Positions 50,101-59,639 of a DNA stretch of 64,000 nt are shown one piece after another; the stretch's first letter is position 1, and each line of letters starts with the position of its first letter. Location of the stretch: IMG/VR virus record IMGVR_UViG_3300028888_000051, positions 99,384-163,383 of that record. One strand, written 5' to 3'. Source of the stretch: a virus. Taxonomy: Duplodnaviria > Heunggongvirae > Uroviricota > Caudoviricetes. The translations under genes and the position numbers were made by a program. Under the pieces are notes generated by a model that worked only from the letters and a program-made list of their open reading frames with translations, did not search any database and was not told the origin of the DNA.

Positions 50101-51519
50101 TCTTTCTTGATTATCTATATTTTGATTAGAATAATACATTCCTTGAATATATTTTATTCTATTTAATATATCTTCAGTTTGTTTATCTTTTTCTTCTTTG
50201 GAAAGACTATCATCTGCTTGAATTACATCTAATTTAGAATATAACTCATTTACATTATATAAATTTTCTCTAGCATTAGTTTTTATATCTTCAGCTTGTT
50301 TATTTAATTCAGCTAATTTATTTGCTTTTTCTTCATCTGATAAAGAATTATCACTATTGATTTCTGCTTTTTGTATAGATATATTATCTAATTGCTTACG
50401 TGTTTCATCATCAAAATTAAAAGCAGCACTGGTTTGTTTTCCAATTCTACTTACAGTTTCCTTAGTTTTTGCCATTTTAGCTTTAGCTGCTTTTAATTGT
50501 CTTTCTAAATCAGCTTTTTCTTCATTTGTTAATGTGTCATCTTCTAAAGTAGATTGTAAGTGTTTAACTTCATTAATTGCTTGAATATTCATTTCATTTG
50601 CAATTTTAAAAGCGTCTATAGATGTATCTTTAGATTTTCCTGGTACTTGATACTGATTATTTTCTAAATGACCAGCTGTACTATTTAAAGCTAATTTACT
50701 AGCTATTATTGGTTGAGAACGATTATCATCAATTACAAATGCTAAATTTTCATAAGGTACATAGATACCATCATTTTTCATGGTTTCATTACGAATATCA
50801 CGATAAATCAATGGATTAAATATTTTATTAAGTTCTATTTTTCTTTTTGTTTTATCATTTGCTTTTTCTGGAACTTGAGCATTTAATAAATGATTATATA
50901 GGTATCCTTCTTCTGGACGCTCTCTATCTTTATCACCATAAACTCTCAAAAGCTTATCATACTGAGGTTGTCCATTAACAACAGGATAAACTTTAATTAT
51001 ATGTTTACTTATTTCATTATCTTGTTGTGCTTGTCTTAATATTTGTTGAGCCAGATCATAATCAAAATCTTCAGTTAATGTTATATTTTCATTATTTTCA
51101 ACTGATTCAAAGCTAGCTTCAATACCCATTGTTTGTGGATCTCCTTTACGTCCTTCACGGTTAATATATGGTAAATCATGTAAAAGTTTTTTATAATATC
51201 TTGATAATACATTATTGTTTATCCATTTTGATACAGCTGTACTAAGCATTAAATAGCCATCAACTGGAGTTTCTGCATTTTTTTGAATCCAATCCCAAAT
51301 TCTTGATTCATAAGCTCTTCTAAGGTATTTATCTTGTTTTGTCATTTTTTCATACATATCTTTTTTATCACGAAATTTACCCGTAACTATATGAAATTTA
51401 TTTTCTTTGGTATCAAATACTATACCTGTATAATTTTCATATGCAGATTTATGAGGATTAGCTTTATCATCTTCAGTTAATGTTATTCGATCAAAACTTG
51501 GAAATAATGTAATAGTCAT
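47125..51519 (-). CDS. 1464-aa multidomain protein containing a pol-beta-type nucleotidyltransferase
   Basis: FTGSEANYNYNENSDIDVHL..GEFGPSNTLFKHLRNSG; three D.(S/T)L(S/T).EEK repeats. Confidence 0.75.
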   Translation of the reverse strand: MTITLFPSFDRITLTEDDKANPHKSAYENYTGIVFDTKENKFHIVTGKFRDKKDMYEKMTKQDKYLRRAYESRIWDWIQKNAETPVDGYLMLSTAVSKWINNNVLSRYYKKLLHDLPYINREGRKGDPQTMGIEASFESVENNENITLTEDFDYDLAQQILRQAQQDNEISKHIIKVYPVVNGQPQYDKLLRVYGDKDRERPEEGYLYNHLLNAQVPEKANDKTKRKIELNKIFNPLIYRDIRNETMKNDGIYVPYENLAFVIDDNRSQPIIASKLALNSTAGHLENNQYQVPGKSKDTSIDAFKIANEMNIQAINEVKHLQSTLEDDTLTNEEKADLERQLKAAKAKMAKTKETVSRIGKQTSAAFNFDDETRKQLDNISIQKAEINSDNSLSDEEKANKLAELNKQAEDIKTNARENLYNVNELYSKLDVIQADDSLSKEEKDKQTEDILNRIKYIQGMYYSNQNIDNQERLIQQGYKLNKGEKPGNPIFGGDFSGEFISKIGDKNKLRKSLEKELNRSIKNNDVNTTTILKNMLDKEDPRTYTSAEQKLAMQVVEKWKNLIKTKPIESTPRYVDTIINDIINDPSKNIDEKLLKKAMFAVVNDKANELIDNDHTIADPVKGYAQPINVGFDYFNDKAHESEFLSALYKTYEQLKDNNTKTEAFVNDGATALMHYTDDLAKVKQMNNIVEDKTNSKLNQDLFDDKELKEDVRQALLRIANEFKDKLKLPIKPVDIYFTGSEANYNYNENSDIDVHLVYDFEEAGQMAEILSKYLQSAKRIFNDTHDITVKGLPVEVGAENKAEPLVTSGIYSLISNSWVKEPENANIEIEEPEQPYFDEIQIQIEDAISEKDKDKLEGIIKMIWDIRKEGLANEGEFGPSNTLFKHLRNSGILARLKDAYYDAESEDLSLESILEAEFTDKKDIEISEDDLKNKSEQELADGLMSKYTNSDEAISKLEDILATCNDGYKEKVKNTIQKIKESTKFSNTCRKLAKETINKLEEYVGKNLSNMTPESYIDNMKDIAKVDEMLEFCYNEIHPNFKYKHPKLAATDENGKEIGVVLDGIEKSDDPKNVLYSKVITVRDPKTNAIYPKYERNNLMPIEDFKKIINDPKNKKWYNWVMKGQTEDWDSLIDTIEKKARNINERYRKWCYDNWERLDLPSYPPQYRVKLYNDIVHNGWPEANAIEKWKSTKKDRFTQKISIPKNLNFESLDEAKSDDWYLKSQNYDIIKKELDKYVPENILNIPFAVEPRAWKNQKKQNDKNMEPVHYYIVMGMEKDKNPTNFLVREVTYNSDDKTWTDKNNKEHAKHHDFVMNINDIIREINYSYTDASTLKLNTPEAFEQRALSMMINGPKSSNKVNRTGTQGHWIKLTKDEVLTVLQIMEEEQPALYKGVTKIYLNSLGNRKGEKIVMSALKDFDPNVYSANISSIQGKPEYKLWVPKAQYDAPKKHNNNPFETLMK

Positions 51520-51609
51520 TGTTAAAAAACCTTAAAATTATATAACTTTATACTAGAACTTAATTATATTATTTATAGATTTTATTGTTTATTTTTGGAA
51601 AATTAAGGT

Positions 51610-51638
51610 TTTACTTTTTATAAATTTTATACTATATA
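51610..51638 (+). promoter_or_regulatory. Sigma70-like promoter TTTACT-N17-TATATA
   Basis: Begins TTTACTTTTTATA like the 46138 site; precedes ORF 51667 (AAGGAG RBS). Confidence 0.4.
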
Positions 51639-51666
51639 TTTAAATATATTTTTAAGGAGTATATAA

Positions 51667-51888
51667 ATGCGTGTTATCAATCTTGATGCAACTGGAATTA
51701 AAATTATAACATCTGATAAAAAACAAATGTATTTATCATTAGCTGAAGTAAGAGATTTTTTAGACAAAAAATATAAGTTAACTGAAAATATTTTATCTAT
51801 TAATAATAAAAAACTTATTTTATCTGATAAAGATATAGACGAATTTCCAAGCATTGTAACATACATAGAAAATAATTTTAAGAGTTAA
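51667..51888 (+). CDS. Small hypothetical protein
   Basis: AAGGAG RBS; 73 aa. Confidence 0.65.
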   Translation: MRVINLDATGIKIITSDKKQMYLSLAEVRDFLDKKYKLTENILSINNKKLILSDKDIDEFPSIVTYIENNFKS

Positions 51889-51890
51889 TT

Positions 51891-52115
51891 ATGTTTAAAA
51901 GAAATAAAGAAAAACCGATATATAAAGAAATAGATGAAACTTTTCTTAAAAAACTTCATCTATTTGAATCTATTGATGGTAATTATAATGAATTAGGATT
52001 TGAAATTGTATATACTCGAATTCCAGGCGGTTTAATTCGTACTATTATTACTCCTGAAGCATTAGATCAATTATTTATACCTTTACCTGCTTCATATTTT
52101 ATATTAAAAGATTAG
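51891..52115 (+). CDS. Small hypothetical protein
   Basis: Coupled to ORF 51667; VYTRIPGGLIR. Confidence 0.65.
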   Translation: MFKRNKEKPIYKEIDETFLKKLHLFESIDGNYNELGFEIVYTRIPGGLIRTIITPEALDQLFIPLPASYFILKD

Positions 52116-52468
52116 TTTACAAGATATTCTATCTGATTTGGTGATATTTTTAAAATAGCTAAAATAAAAGCTTTAACATCACAAGTCAATCTTTTATCAA
52201 ATATTTTTTCTATATCTTTGAGAATTAAATAATCTTCTTCTGAAATTAAATTTTTAATATTTTCTAATTTTACTTTATCTAAGGCTAAACAACGTAATGA
52301 ATCTACTGCAAGAAATTCAAGTTTCGTTCTTTGTTTTTTCATAATATAACCAAAAGCTTTATTCCAAGCAGTTGTTTCATCTATATTGTTAGTTTTTACT
52401 TTTATTTTAACATTTACAGAAATTTTTGGTGTTTTTCTTCCATCTCCAAATATATCAATTTTATTCAT
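52112..52468 (-). CDS. Hypothetical protein
   Basis: 118-aa ORF; stop overlaps the convergent stop. Confidence 0.6.
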   Translation of the reverse strand: MNKIDIFGDGRKTPKISVNVKIKVKTNNIDETTAWNKAFGYIMKKQRTKLEFLAVDSLRCLALDKVKLENIKNLISEEDYLILKDIEKIFDKRLTCDVKAFILAILKISPNQIEYLVN

Positions 52469-52472
52469 AAAA

Positions 52473-52823
52473 TTAGTCCTTTTTATAATCTATTCCAAAA
52501 GTTAACCAGTTAAATTTTTGTTCACTATTTACAATATCTTGAACTGCTTTACTTGTCATATATTTATTCATTTCTTTAAAAAAGTTGTCATCTTTAGTGT
52601 TTATAATTTTTACTTTTTCTTTATCAAAATCTATTAAAAGACGTTCACCACAATTTAAAGCTTCTAAAATTTTTTTAATTTGTATTTCATTAAAACTTTG
52701 ATGTAAAAATAAATCAAAATCAAAATATTTCATTGTTTGACTTAATTTTTTATCATTATCTTTAAGCCAAATTAAATTATAATTTTTTTCAACTATATAT
52801 ATTCCTTTCAAAACTTTATTCAT
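52473..52823 (-). CDS. Hypothetical protein
   Basis: 116-aa ORF downstream of portal. Confidence 0.6.
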   Translation of the reverse strand: MNKVLKGIYIVEKNYNLIWLKDNDKKLSQTMKYFDFDLFLHQSFNEIQIKKILEALNCGERLLIDFDKEKVKIINTKDDNFFKEMNKYMTSKAVQDIVNSEQKFNWLTFGIDYKKD

Positions 52824-52824
52824 T

Positions 52825-54600
52825 TTAAACCTTTTCAGATTGATAAATTAAAGTAACAGATTCTTTTAACGTCATATCTCTACTTGTAATATTTTCATAA
52901 ACTTCTTTTAATAATTTAGTTTGATAAACATTTTCTTTGTTATAATTATCTGATTTTACCCTATATTTTACTGATTCACCTAATTCTGAATCAGAAATAA
53001 ATTTAGATGGATCTTTAACTTTTTGACCATTTAAGAAATTAGCTAATTCATCTGTGCTAGTTCCTAAAACATTAATAGATGTATTACTACATATTAATGA
53101 AGCAATGTCTGCTGGTAAACCGAGTTTAATTAATACTTGATATTTATTTACAGTTGTCATAGCTGGGTTTAATTCCATTAATGATTTTAATAATTCACCA
53201 ATATCATTATATTTTTGTATTACATCAGCTGGAATTTGAATAGGTTCATTTAAACTTACTTCTATATCCATTCTACTAACATCATAACCACCATGAGTTA
53301 AAATATTTTCAATAAGATTCATCATACAATTTAATAAACCTTGTTTTAATGGAATTAATGTACGTTTCAATTTAAGGTCTTGAGCTTCAAGAGTTTGAGC
53401 AGTTGTAATAACATCTTCACCAACTAAATAACCTTTTGGAAGTTTAGAATTACGTAATATTTTATCTAAAAAGTATTCTACGTCTTCAGTTTGACCTAAA
53501 TCAATATTTGCTTCAATTTTATCAAATGTAACTTTTTTACCATCTGCAGCTTCTGGTAAAGTTAAAATAGACATGGCTCCAGGTAATTTACGTCCGAGTT
53601 TTGGAGCATTTGTATCACTAAACATTGAATTAAGATATTGAGTTCTAAACTCATTTAGAAACTGTGCTGAATCTGGTAAAGATATACCATTAGGAAGAGG
53701 TACATAAAATACTAATCTTTGTAATTTAGAAGCACGTGAAATACCAAGTAAACCTTCTAAGGTAGTTAATTGATCAAAAGCAGAACGCATTGACCATAAC
53801 ATTGATTTACCATAAGGTTCTGTAAGGTCATCATACAATTTTCCATGTACAAATTGCCAAGGTTGCCAAATTCTTTTTTGTGTTTTAGCTGTAACACTCA
53901 TAGTATTAACATAATTTGGTTCGCTTTCTACTTCATAATTAATTACATTAAAATATTCATCAGTGTTTACTCTAAATCTATGTGGATTAACATAAGAAAT
54001 AATTAAATCTTCTAATACATCTATTCGTTTAAAATCTTTTACATCTTGTTCTGTCATCCATGTTTCAAGATATGGATAAGATAAAAGTAAACCTATATTA
54101 CCATATTTTGCTAATGAACGAGTTAAACTAGGAAGGCGCTGATAAATTTTATTTTTATATAACACTTTTTCTACAAAAGTTTGTGCATTTTTATTTGAAA
54201 TTTTTATATTTAATGGATTTTCTACAAAACCTTGAGAAAGTACTTCTGCTACATATGTATCTAAAATTAATGAAATTTCAGATAAATTTTCATCCATAGT
54301 ATCTACAGTTTGATATATATCTTTCAGTGTTTCATAATTTTTACTAAAAAACGTGTAAGTACTTAAAAAATCATCATATAATTCAAACATTTCTTTTGTA
54401 TGTTTGAATGCCGTAGGAATAGAAATATATTGACCAGATTTAGTTTGACCAATAGTAAAGTTATGTTTTTTAGCTAAACCTTTTAATACATCAAAAGATA
54501 TACCTGGTTCTGCTAAAAATAATGTATCATTTTCTTTATCATAAAAACCATTTTCTGTAATTAATTTTGCTATTCTTTTTGCATCTTTACTAATTGCCAT
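52825..54600 (-). CDS. Portal protein (T4 gp20-like)
   Basis: RSLAKYGN..WQFVH..PYGKSML..FDQLTTLE..SRA..RLVFYV..EDVEYFLDKI...KLPKGYL. Confidence 0.85.
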   Translation of the reverse strand: MAISKDAKRIAKLITENGFYDKENDTLFLAEPGISFDVLKGLAKKHNFTIGQTKSGQYISIPTAFKHTKEMFELYDDFLSTYTFFSKNYETLKDIYQTVDTMDENLSEISLILDTYVAEVLSQGFVENPLNIKISNKNAQTFVEKVLYKNKIYQRLPSLTRSLAKYGNIGLLLSYPYLETWMTEQDVKDFKRIDVLEDLIISYVNPHRFRVNTDEYFNVINYEVESEPNYVNTMSVTAKTQKRIWQPWQFVHGKLYDDLTEPYGKSMLWSMRSAFDQLTTLEGLLGISRASKLQRLVFYVPLPNGISLPDSAQFLNEFRTQYLNSMFSDTNAPKLGRKLPGAMSILTLPEAADGKKVTFDKIEANIDLGQTEDVEYFLDKILRNSKLPKGYLVGEDVITTAQTLEAQDLKLKRTLIPLKQGLLNCMMNLIENILTHGGYDVSRMDIEVSLNEPIQIPADVIQKYNDIGELLKSLMELNPAMTTVNKYQVLIKLGLPADIASLICSNTSINVLGTSTDELANFLNGQKVKDPSKFISDSELGESVKYRVKSDNYNKENVYQTKLLKEVYENITSRDMTLKESVTLIYQSEKV

Positions 54601-54616
54601 TTATTTAAATCCTTAA

Positions 54617-55075
54617 CTATTCCCAAGTAAGATTGATAAATACATCAAATCTATTATCAGTTTTTGTATCAATACAACTTATTTTACCAGATTTATAACA
54701 TAAAACTATAAATCCAATAGATAAATTATTCGAAAGAATTTGTTCAATTGATTTTAAAATTTGTATACCATCAGTTGTTTCATATTGAAATTTTGCCCAT
54801 CTATTATAAATAAGTCTACCACTCACAAAGTTTAAAACTGGGTATTCTTGTTCCCATTCATCAATCAATTTAGTAGTTATTAAAACACCAGAATTAGTAT
54901 CTTCTATATTTTGGATTTCAATAACATCTCCTCTAGCAAATGGTTTATCACAAACAATACGAATACAAACTCCGCGTAACCAAAATTCATAACTTTGCTT
55001 TCCATCAAGACCAGATTTAGAAGAAGCATAATATGAGATACATCTCATAGGAAATGAAAAATTAGAAATAGCCAT
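54617..55075 (-). CDS. Hypothetical protein
   Basis: 152-aa ORF, AAGGA RBS. Confidence 0.6.
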   Translation of the reverse strand: MAISNFSFPMRCISYYASSKSGLDGKQSYEFWLRGVCIRIVCDKPFARGDVIEIQNIEDTNSGVLITTKLIDEWEQEYPVLNFVSGRLIYNRWAKFQYETTDGIQILKSIEQILSNNLSIGFIVLCYKSGKISCIDTKTDNRFDVFINLTWE

Positions 55076-55081
55076 GTAATT

Positions 55082-55264
55082 TTATCCTAAAAGTATTTGT
55101 CTAATTTTAATCTTGCCAGATTCAGTTAAAGTAGCAACTAAACCTTTAATTTGATTAACGGCTTGAATAAACTCTTGTTCTGTCATATTTTCTAAATCAA
55201 CTTTAATAGTTTCTTTAACTACTTTTTCTATTGATTCATTCATAACTATTTTATTTGTATCCAT
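55082..55264 (-). CDS. Small hypothetical protein
   Basis: 60 aa; VMNES and LTES motifs. Confidence 0.6.
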   Translation of the reverse strand: MDTNKIVMNESIEKVVKETIKVDLENMTEQEFIQAVNQIKGLVATLTESGKIKIRQILLG

Positions 55265-55279
55265 ATTAGTATATCCTTT

Positions 55280-55732
55280 TTATCTATTAGCTAAACGTAA
55301 CTGTATCATATTAGTATTAAGAGACATTTTTTCACCAAATTTTACTGTTTCAGCAGGTTGTAAAGGTAAAACAATAATTAACTTATATTTATATTCTTTA
55401 TCATATTCACTTTTTTTATAACGATAATATAAACCCAAATAATTAATTGTATCTGTACCAGTTGTCCAATCTTCTTTTGCTTTTGGCCAATCTAAAGAAT
55501 CTATATTTCTAATTATACCATTTAATGGTTCACCAAATTTTACTGGTTTATCTAAAATAGTAAATCCTTTTGAAACAGGTTCTTTTGTAAAAATAAATAA
55601 TTCTTCATTAAAATCTATTCCTAAACCAGCATAAACATTAGTAGTTGGAAAATCAAATGAAGGTATGCCAAAATTATTATCTAATAAAATATTTGCAAAA
55701 TCTGGATTAATCATAAATCTAGAAGTTATCAT
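55280..55732 (-). CDS. Small virion beta-protein, paralogue of 55934
   Basis: Y.GLG..IIRN...DWP.A.EDW..YLGL..LP....V.FGE..SLNTNMIQLRL. Confidence 0.55.
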   Translation of the reverse strand: MITSRFMINPDFANILLDNNFGIPSFDFPTTNVYAGLGIDFNEELFIFTKEPVSKGFTILDKPVKFGEPLNGIIRNIDSLDWPKAKEDWTTGTDTINYLGLYYRYKKSEYDKEYKYKLIIVLPLQPAETVKFGEKMSLNTNMIQLRLANR

Positions 55733-55923
55733 TTATTTTTTCCTATAACATAAGTTGTTCCAGATACCATAGAAATTCTATAATAATTAAAATCAGAATC
55801 TTCATCTACTTTTTCAATTGATTCAATAAAATTATCATTTAATTCTATCTCTTTAGCAATAACATATATACTTTTTTTGTTAATTATAGAATATTTTAAT
55901 TTATAAATATTATATTTTGTCAT
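55729..55923 (-). CDS. Small hypothetical protein
   Basis: 64 aa, AAGGA RBS. Confidence 0.55.
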   Translation of the reverse strand: MTKYNIYKLKYSIINKKSIYVIAKEIELNDNFIESIEKVDEDSDFNYYRISMVSGTTYVIGKNK

Positions 55924-55933
55924 CTTTAGTTCC

Positions 55934-56374
55934 TTAATAATCTGATAAACTCAGTTGAATAGTGTTAGGTCCAAAAATACATGTCTCTCCTTTTAGAACT
56001 GTCTCAGATTTAGGTAAACGTAAAACAACTAAAGGTTTTGAATTTTCATATTCTTGAGTATCAAAAATACCAACCATTTCTATATATTTTTCTGCTTCCG
56101 TCCAATCTTCAGAAGCAGTATTAAATACTACTTCGCTTACATTAGAAATATAACAATCAGCTGCTTTATTAAAAATTATACGAGCTCTTTGATAATTTCC
56201 TAATGGACGACCTCCAAAGACTTCATCAAATTCATCCATAGTAGCACGTGCACCAATTTGTGTTAAGCCTAAACCCAAAAATAATTCTTTTTGTGTTAAA
56301 TCTGGTAAATCTCCACCAAAATAATCTTTTAAAAGCTTATTCATAAAATCTACTTGTAAGCCATAAATTGCCAT
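55934..56374 (-). CDS. Small virion beta-protein (minor tail/neck fibre family)
   Basis: LFLGL..EV..NYQRARI.F..SN..V.FNTASEDW..GIFD..ETVLKGE..F..I.LSL. Confidence 0.6.
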   Translation of the reverse strand: MAIYGLQVDFMNKLLKDYFGGDLPDLTQKELFLGLGLTQIGARATMDEFDEVFGGRPLGNYQRARIIFNKAADCYISNVSEVVFNTASEDWTEAEKYIEMVGIFDTQEYENSKPLVVLRLPKSETVLKGETCIFGPNTIQLSLSDY

Positions 56375-56393
56375 AATTTTTCTCCGTTAAACC

Positions 56394-57545
56394 CTAATTA
56401 GTTACAGCTGCTACAACTTTTTTACCCATAAATAATACATTAACTTTATATGCATTTAGATATTTTGGTTTTGTTATAACTTCTGTATCAAGACTTTCTT
56501 TATAAATATCACCACTTGCTAATACTGTTACTAAATCAATAATAGCAGGGAAATTTTCACACTTAAGTAATTCAACTCTTATATTACCATTAGAACCTAA
56601 TACTGTATAACCCTTTTCAACATTTAATTCAAATTTTGTTATTCCTCCAGTATCATTAACTTCCGTAACTTTTAATATAAGAGGAATTTTTATTATACCT
56701 GCTTGATCTGTTTCAATATAAACTTGATTTCCTTCTTCATCATATATATCAAATTCATCATTTACCATAAAACCAACACCAGGTTTTATGATATGTTTAG
56801 ATCTTGTATCATAATAATATGGAATTTCAATTTCTTCATTGATTTCAGGAAATTGTGGAATTTGTTCAAAAATTGTACTATCTAATACTCGTACAGATTT
56901 ATCAATACTTACAGGTTTATTAATAAACCAAATTGTACCTTGTGCACGAATATTTTTATCAATGGTGATACATTTTTCATCACAGTGATGATCAAACCAA
57001 ATTGTATGAATATCACCAAGACTAGTTGTATTATATGTAATTTGACGAGCAGGTACACAATTAGCAACATTTGAATAAGTCATTCCATTACTAAGTTGTT
57101 TTCTCATAGTGCCTAAAACTTGCCATTCACGTGCAACTTTATTATCATTACAATCACGCTCATTTAATATAATACGGCTATCTCTTGGAAGATGTAATTT
57201 TGAAGGAAGTATAATTTGTAATGGATATAGGCCATCTGTTCCATCTGCGGTTAAACCATGTTCTGATAAAACTTGACGATATTCTCCAAATAATGGTATA
57301 ACTGATTCTGTAGTATCTAACCATTCTGTATTGACAAAATTATTATATTCATCAACATTATTATCAAATACTTCTTCACTAATTAAAGGAATTCTTATAA
57401 GAACTTGTAAAGAATAATTAGAAAACAGAGCTTCATCGCGAATTCTACTTACATAATCTGACATATCCGTAATTAATGCATCACGAAGATTATATTGAGA
57501 AAAGGCTGTTTCTTTAAGTCTTGAATTACTTACTTTTTTTACCAT
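56394..57545 (-). CDS. Neck/head-closure protein (gp14-like)
   Basis: FSQYNLRDALI..VLSEHG..LPRDSRIIL..WQV. Confidence 0.45.
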   Translation of the reverse strand: MVKKVSNSRLKETAFSQYNLRDALITDMSDYVSRIRDEALFSNYSLQVLIRIPLISEEVFDNNVDEYNNFVNTEWLDTTESVIPLFGEYRQVLSEHGLTADGTDGLYPLQIILPSKLHLPRDSRIILNERDCNDNKVAREWQVLGTMRKQLSNGMTYSNVANCVPARQITYNTTSLGDIHTIWFDHHCDEKCITIDKNIRAQGTIWFINKPVSIDKSVRVLDSTIFEQIPQFPEINEEIEIPYYYDTRSKHIIKPGVGFMVNDEFDIYDEEGNQVYIETDQAGIIKIPLILKVTEVNDTGGITKFELNVEKGYTVLGSNGNIRVELLKCENFPAIIDLVTVLASGDIYKESLDTEVITKPKYLNAYKVNVLFMGKKVVAAVTN

Positions 57546-57597
57546 TATTTTTTATCCAAAATTATAATATATACTAGAACTAAATTATATGGATATG

Positions 57598-57631
57598 AAA
57601 AAAGGTTCTTAGCTTGTAACCAAGAACCTTT
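57598..57631 (-). terminator. Rho-independent terminator after groEL
   Basis: Stem AAAGGTTCTT/AAGAACCTTT, T run on the minus strand. Confidence 0.8.
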
Positions 57632-57652
57632 CACCTCCTTATTATAAAATAA

Positions 57653-59302
57653 TTACATCATTGGCATACCTTGCATATTTAAATTTACGCCATTATTTTC
57701 AACAGGATCAGTTGTAATAATTACAGATGAAGTTAAAGCAACTGACGCAATAGATGAAGCTGCAAAAACTGCACCCTTGACGGCCTTAGTTGGATCAATA
57801 ATGCCATCTTTTAACATATTTGCAATTTTCATAGTAGCTACATTATAACCATATTCTAAAGGTTGAGCTAATACTTGTGGAATAATAACATCAGCATGTA
57901 AACCTGCATTTTCAACAATAGTCTTAAATGGAGCTCTTAAAGCTGTAGCAAAAATAGTATTACCAATTTTTTCATCTTCATTATCTGTATTAGAAATAAC
58001 TTCATTTAATGTATCAGCAAGTCTAAGTAATGTTACACCACCGCCTGGTAAATAACCTTCTTCTAAAGCAGCTTTAACTGCAAATTGAGCATCTTCTAAT
58101 CTATCCCGTAATTCTTTGATTTCTTCTTCAGATGAACCACCAACTTTAATTACAGCTACTCCAGTTGTTAAAGCAGCTAAACGTTTATTCAATACATCTT
58201 TTTCCCAAGTTGCATTTTCTTTAAGATTATTGATTTCACCTTTAATTGCTTCTACTCTAGCTTTAATGTCATCTTCATTACCATGACCACCACTAATAAC
58301 TGTTTCATCACGTTTAATGATAATTTTATCACAAGAACCAAAATCTGCTTCTGACATAGCTTCAAATTTAATACCTAAAGGATCATCACCTACTCTCGCT
58401 CCTAAATATAAAGCCATATCACGTAATCTATCCAATCTGGCATCACCATAAGAAGGAGCTTCAACACAAGCAACTTTAAGCTGACCACCAGAACGAATAA
58501 TATTCATAGCAAGACCTTGTGTAACTGATGTATCAAATGATTCAGCAATAATTACTAAGGGCTGACCTCTTGATAATGTTGTTTGAATAATATCTGCTAA
58601 TGTTTTAAAATTTGAAATTTTTGAATTACATAACAAAATTAAAGGTTTATCAAATTCTACTGTTTGATTTTCGTGATTAGTAATAAAAAATTGAGAAGTC
58701 CAACCTTTATCAAAAGTCATACCTTCTTTAAATTCAAGACGAATATCTCTATCCTTTGTTTCTTCAACAATTACTACACCATCTTTACCAACTTTACGAT
58801 AAGCTTCTGCAACAATACCACCTAATTTTTTATCTCCGTTAGCAGAAACAATCGCAACATTATTTAAATCTTCATCTTTTTCAATATCTTTACTCATGTT
58901 GTCTAATTTTTCAATTACATAATCACGAGCTTTTTCAATACCATGACGAAGAGATGTACGATTAATAGTATTTTCTGATAATTCAAGTTGACGTACACCT
59001 GTATTTACAATTGCTTGAGCTATAACTGTTGCAGTTGTTGTTCCATCACCAACTGAATCGAGTTGTTTTTGTGCTACAGAGATAGCTAAATCTGCACCAA
59101 GTTTAATTTTTTCATCTTTAGGAGCAATTTCTTTAGCAACACTAATACCATCTTTTGTAATTAAAGGACTTTTATCTTCTCTTTGAATCACGACTGTTCT
59201 ACCAGCATATCCAAGTGTTGTTTTTACAGCATTTGCAACTAAATTAATACCATCAACTAAAGCATTTTGAGCTTCTTTATTAAAATAAGCCGATCTACTC
59301 AT
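57653..59302 (-). CDS. groEL: Group I chaperonin GroEL
   Basis: ITKDGISVAKEI, GDGTTTAT, EGMTFDKG, GVAVIKVGG, RLEDA, IIDPTK. Confidence 0.97.
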   Translation of the reverse strand: MSRSAYFNKEAQNALVDGINLVANAVKTTLGYAGRTVVIQREDKSPLITKDGISVAKEIAPKDEKIKLGADLAISVAQKQLDSVGDGTTTATVIAQAIVNTGVRQLELSENTINRTSLRHGIEKARDYVIEKLDNMSKDIEKDEDLNNVAIVSANGDKKLGGIVAEAYRKVGKDGVVIVEETKDRDIRLEFKEGMTFDKGWTSQFFITNHENQTVEFDKPLILLCNSKISNFKTLADIIQTTLSRGQPLVIIAESFDTSVTQGLAMNIIRSGGQLKVACVEAPSYGDARLDRLRDMALYLGARVGDDPLGIKFEAMSEADFGSCDKIIIKRDETVISGGHGNEDDIKARVEAIKGEINNLKENATWEKDVLNKRLAALTTGVAVIKVGGSSEEEIKELRDRLEDAQFAVKAALEEGYLPGGGVTLLRLADTLNEVISNTDNEDEKIGNTIFATALRAPFKTIVENAGLHADVIIPQVLAQPLEYGYNVATMKIANMLKDGIIDPTKAVKGAVFAASSIASVALTSSVIITTDPVENNGVNLNMQGMPMM

Positions 59303-59303
59303 T

Positions 59304-59639
59304 TTATTTTCCTTTTTCTAAAATTTCACCATTAACTTCTTTAGCGATAATATCAGAAGCATGAACTTTGATATATTTTTTACCACCTAAACTAATTTTT
59401 GTACCTGCAACTTTAGGAAAAACAATAATATCTCCAACATAAATATTATTTGGAATAAAATTGCCTTTCTCCCAATATCCTTCTGAACAAGATAAAACTT
59501 CACCATATGTAAAATCTTGTTCTAAAGAATCAGGTACATATAAACCACCAATTTTTTCTTCTTTAGTAATTTCCCCAACAAAAACGTTAGGACCCATAGC
59601 TTGATAAATTTTACTCATATTAATTTTCCTCTTCTTCAA
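59304..59639 (-). CDS. groES: Co-chaperonin GroES
   Basis: GGLYVP mobile loop, GEVLS..G, VGDI.VF, DIIA; directly upstream of groEL. Confidence 0.85.
   Translation of the reverse strand: MKKRKINMSKIYQAMGPNVFVGEITKEEKIGGLYVPDSLEQDFTYGEVLSCSEGYWEKGNFIPNNIYVGDIIVFPKVAGTKISLGGKKYIKVHASDIIAKEVNGEILEKGK

Noticed and set aside
193-50584. Opposite-strand or nested ORFs in the track (e.g. 1817-2227, 2382-2816, 7461-7862, 16282-16653, 49772-50095)
   Set aside because: They overlap well-supported genes, show mirror composition (Ser/Phe-rich) and lack an RBS or recognisable motifs
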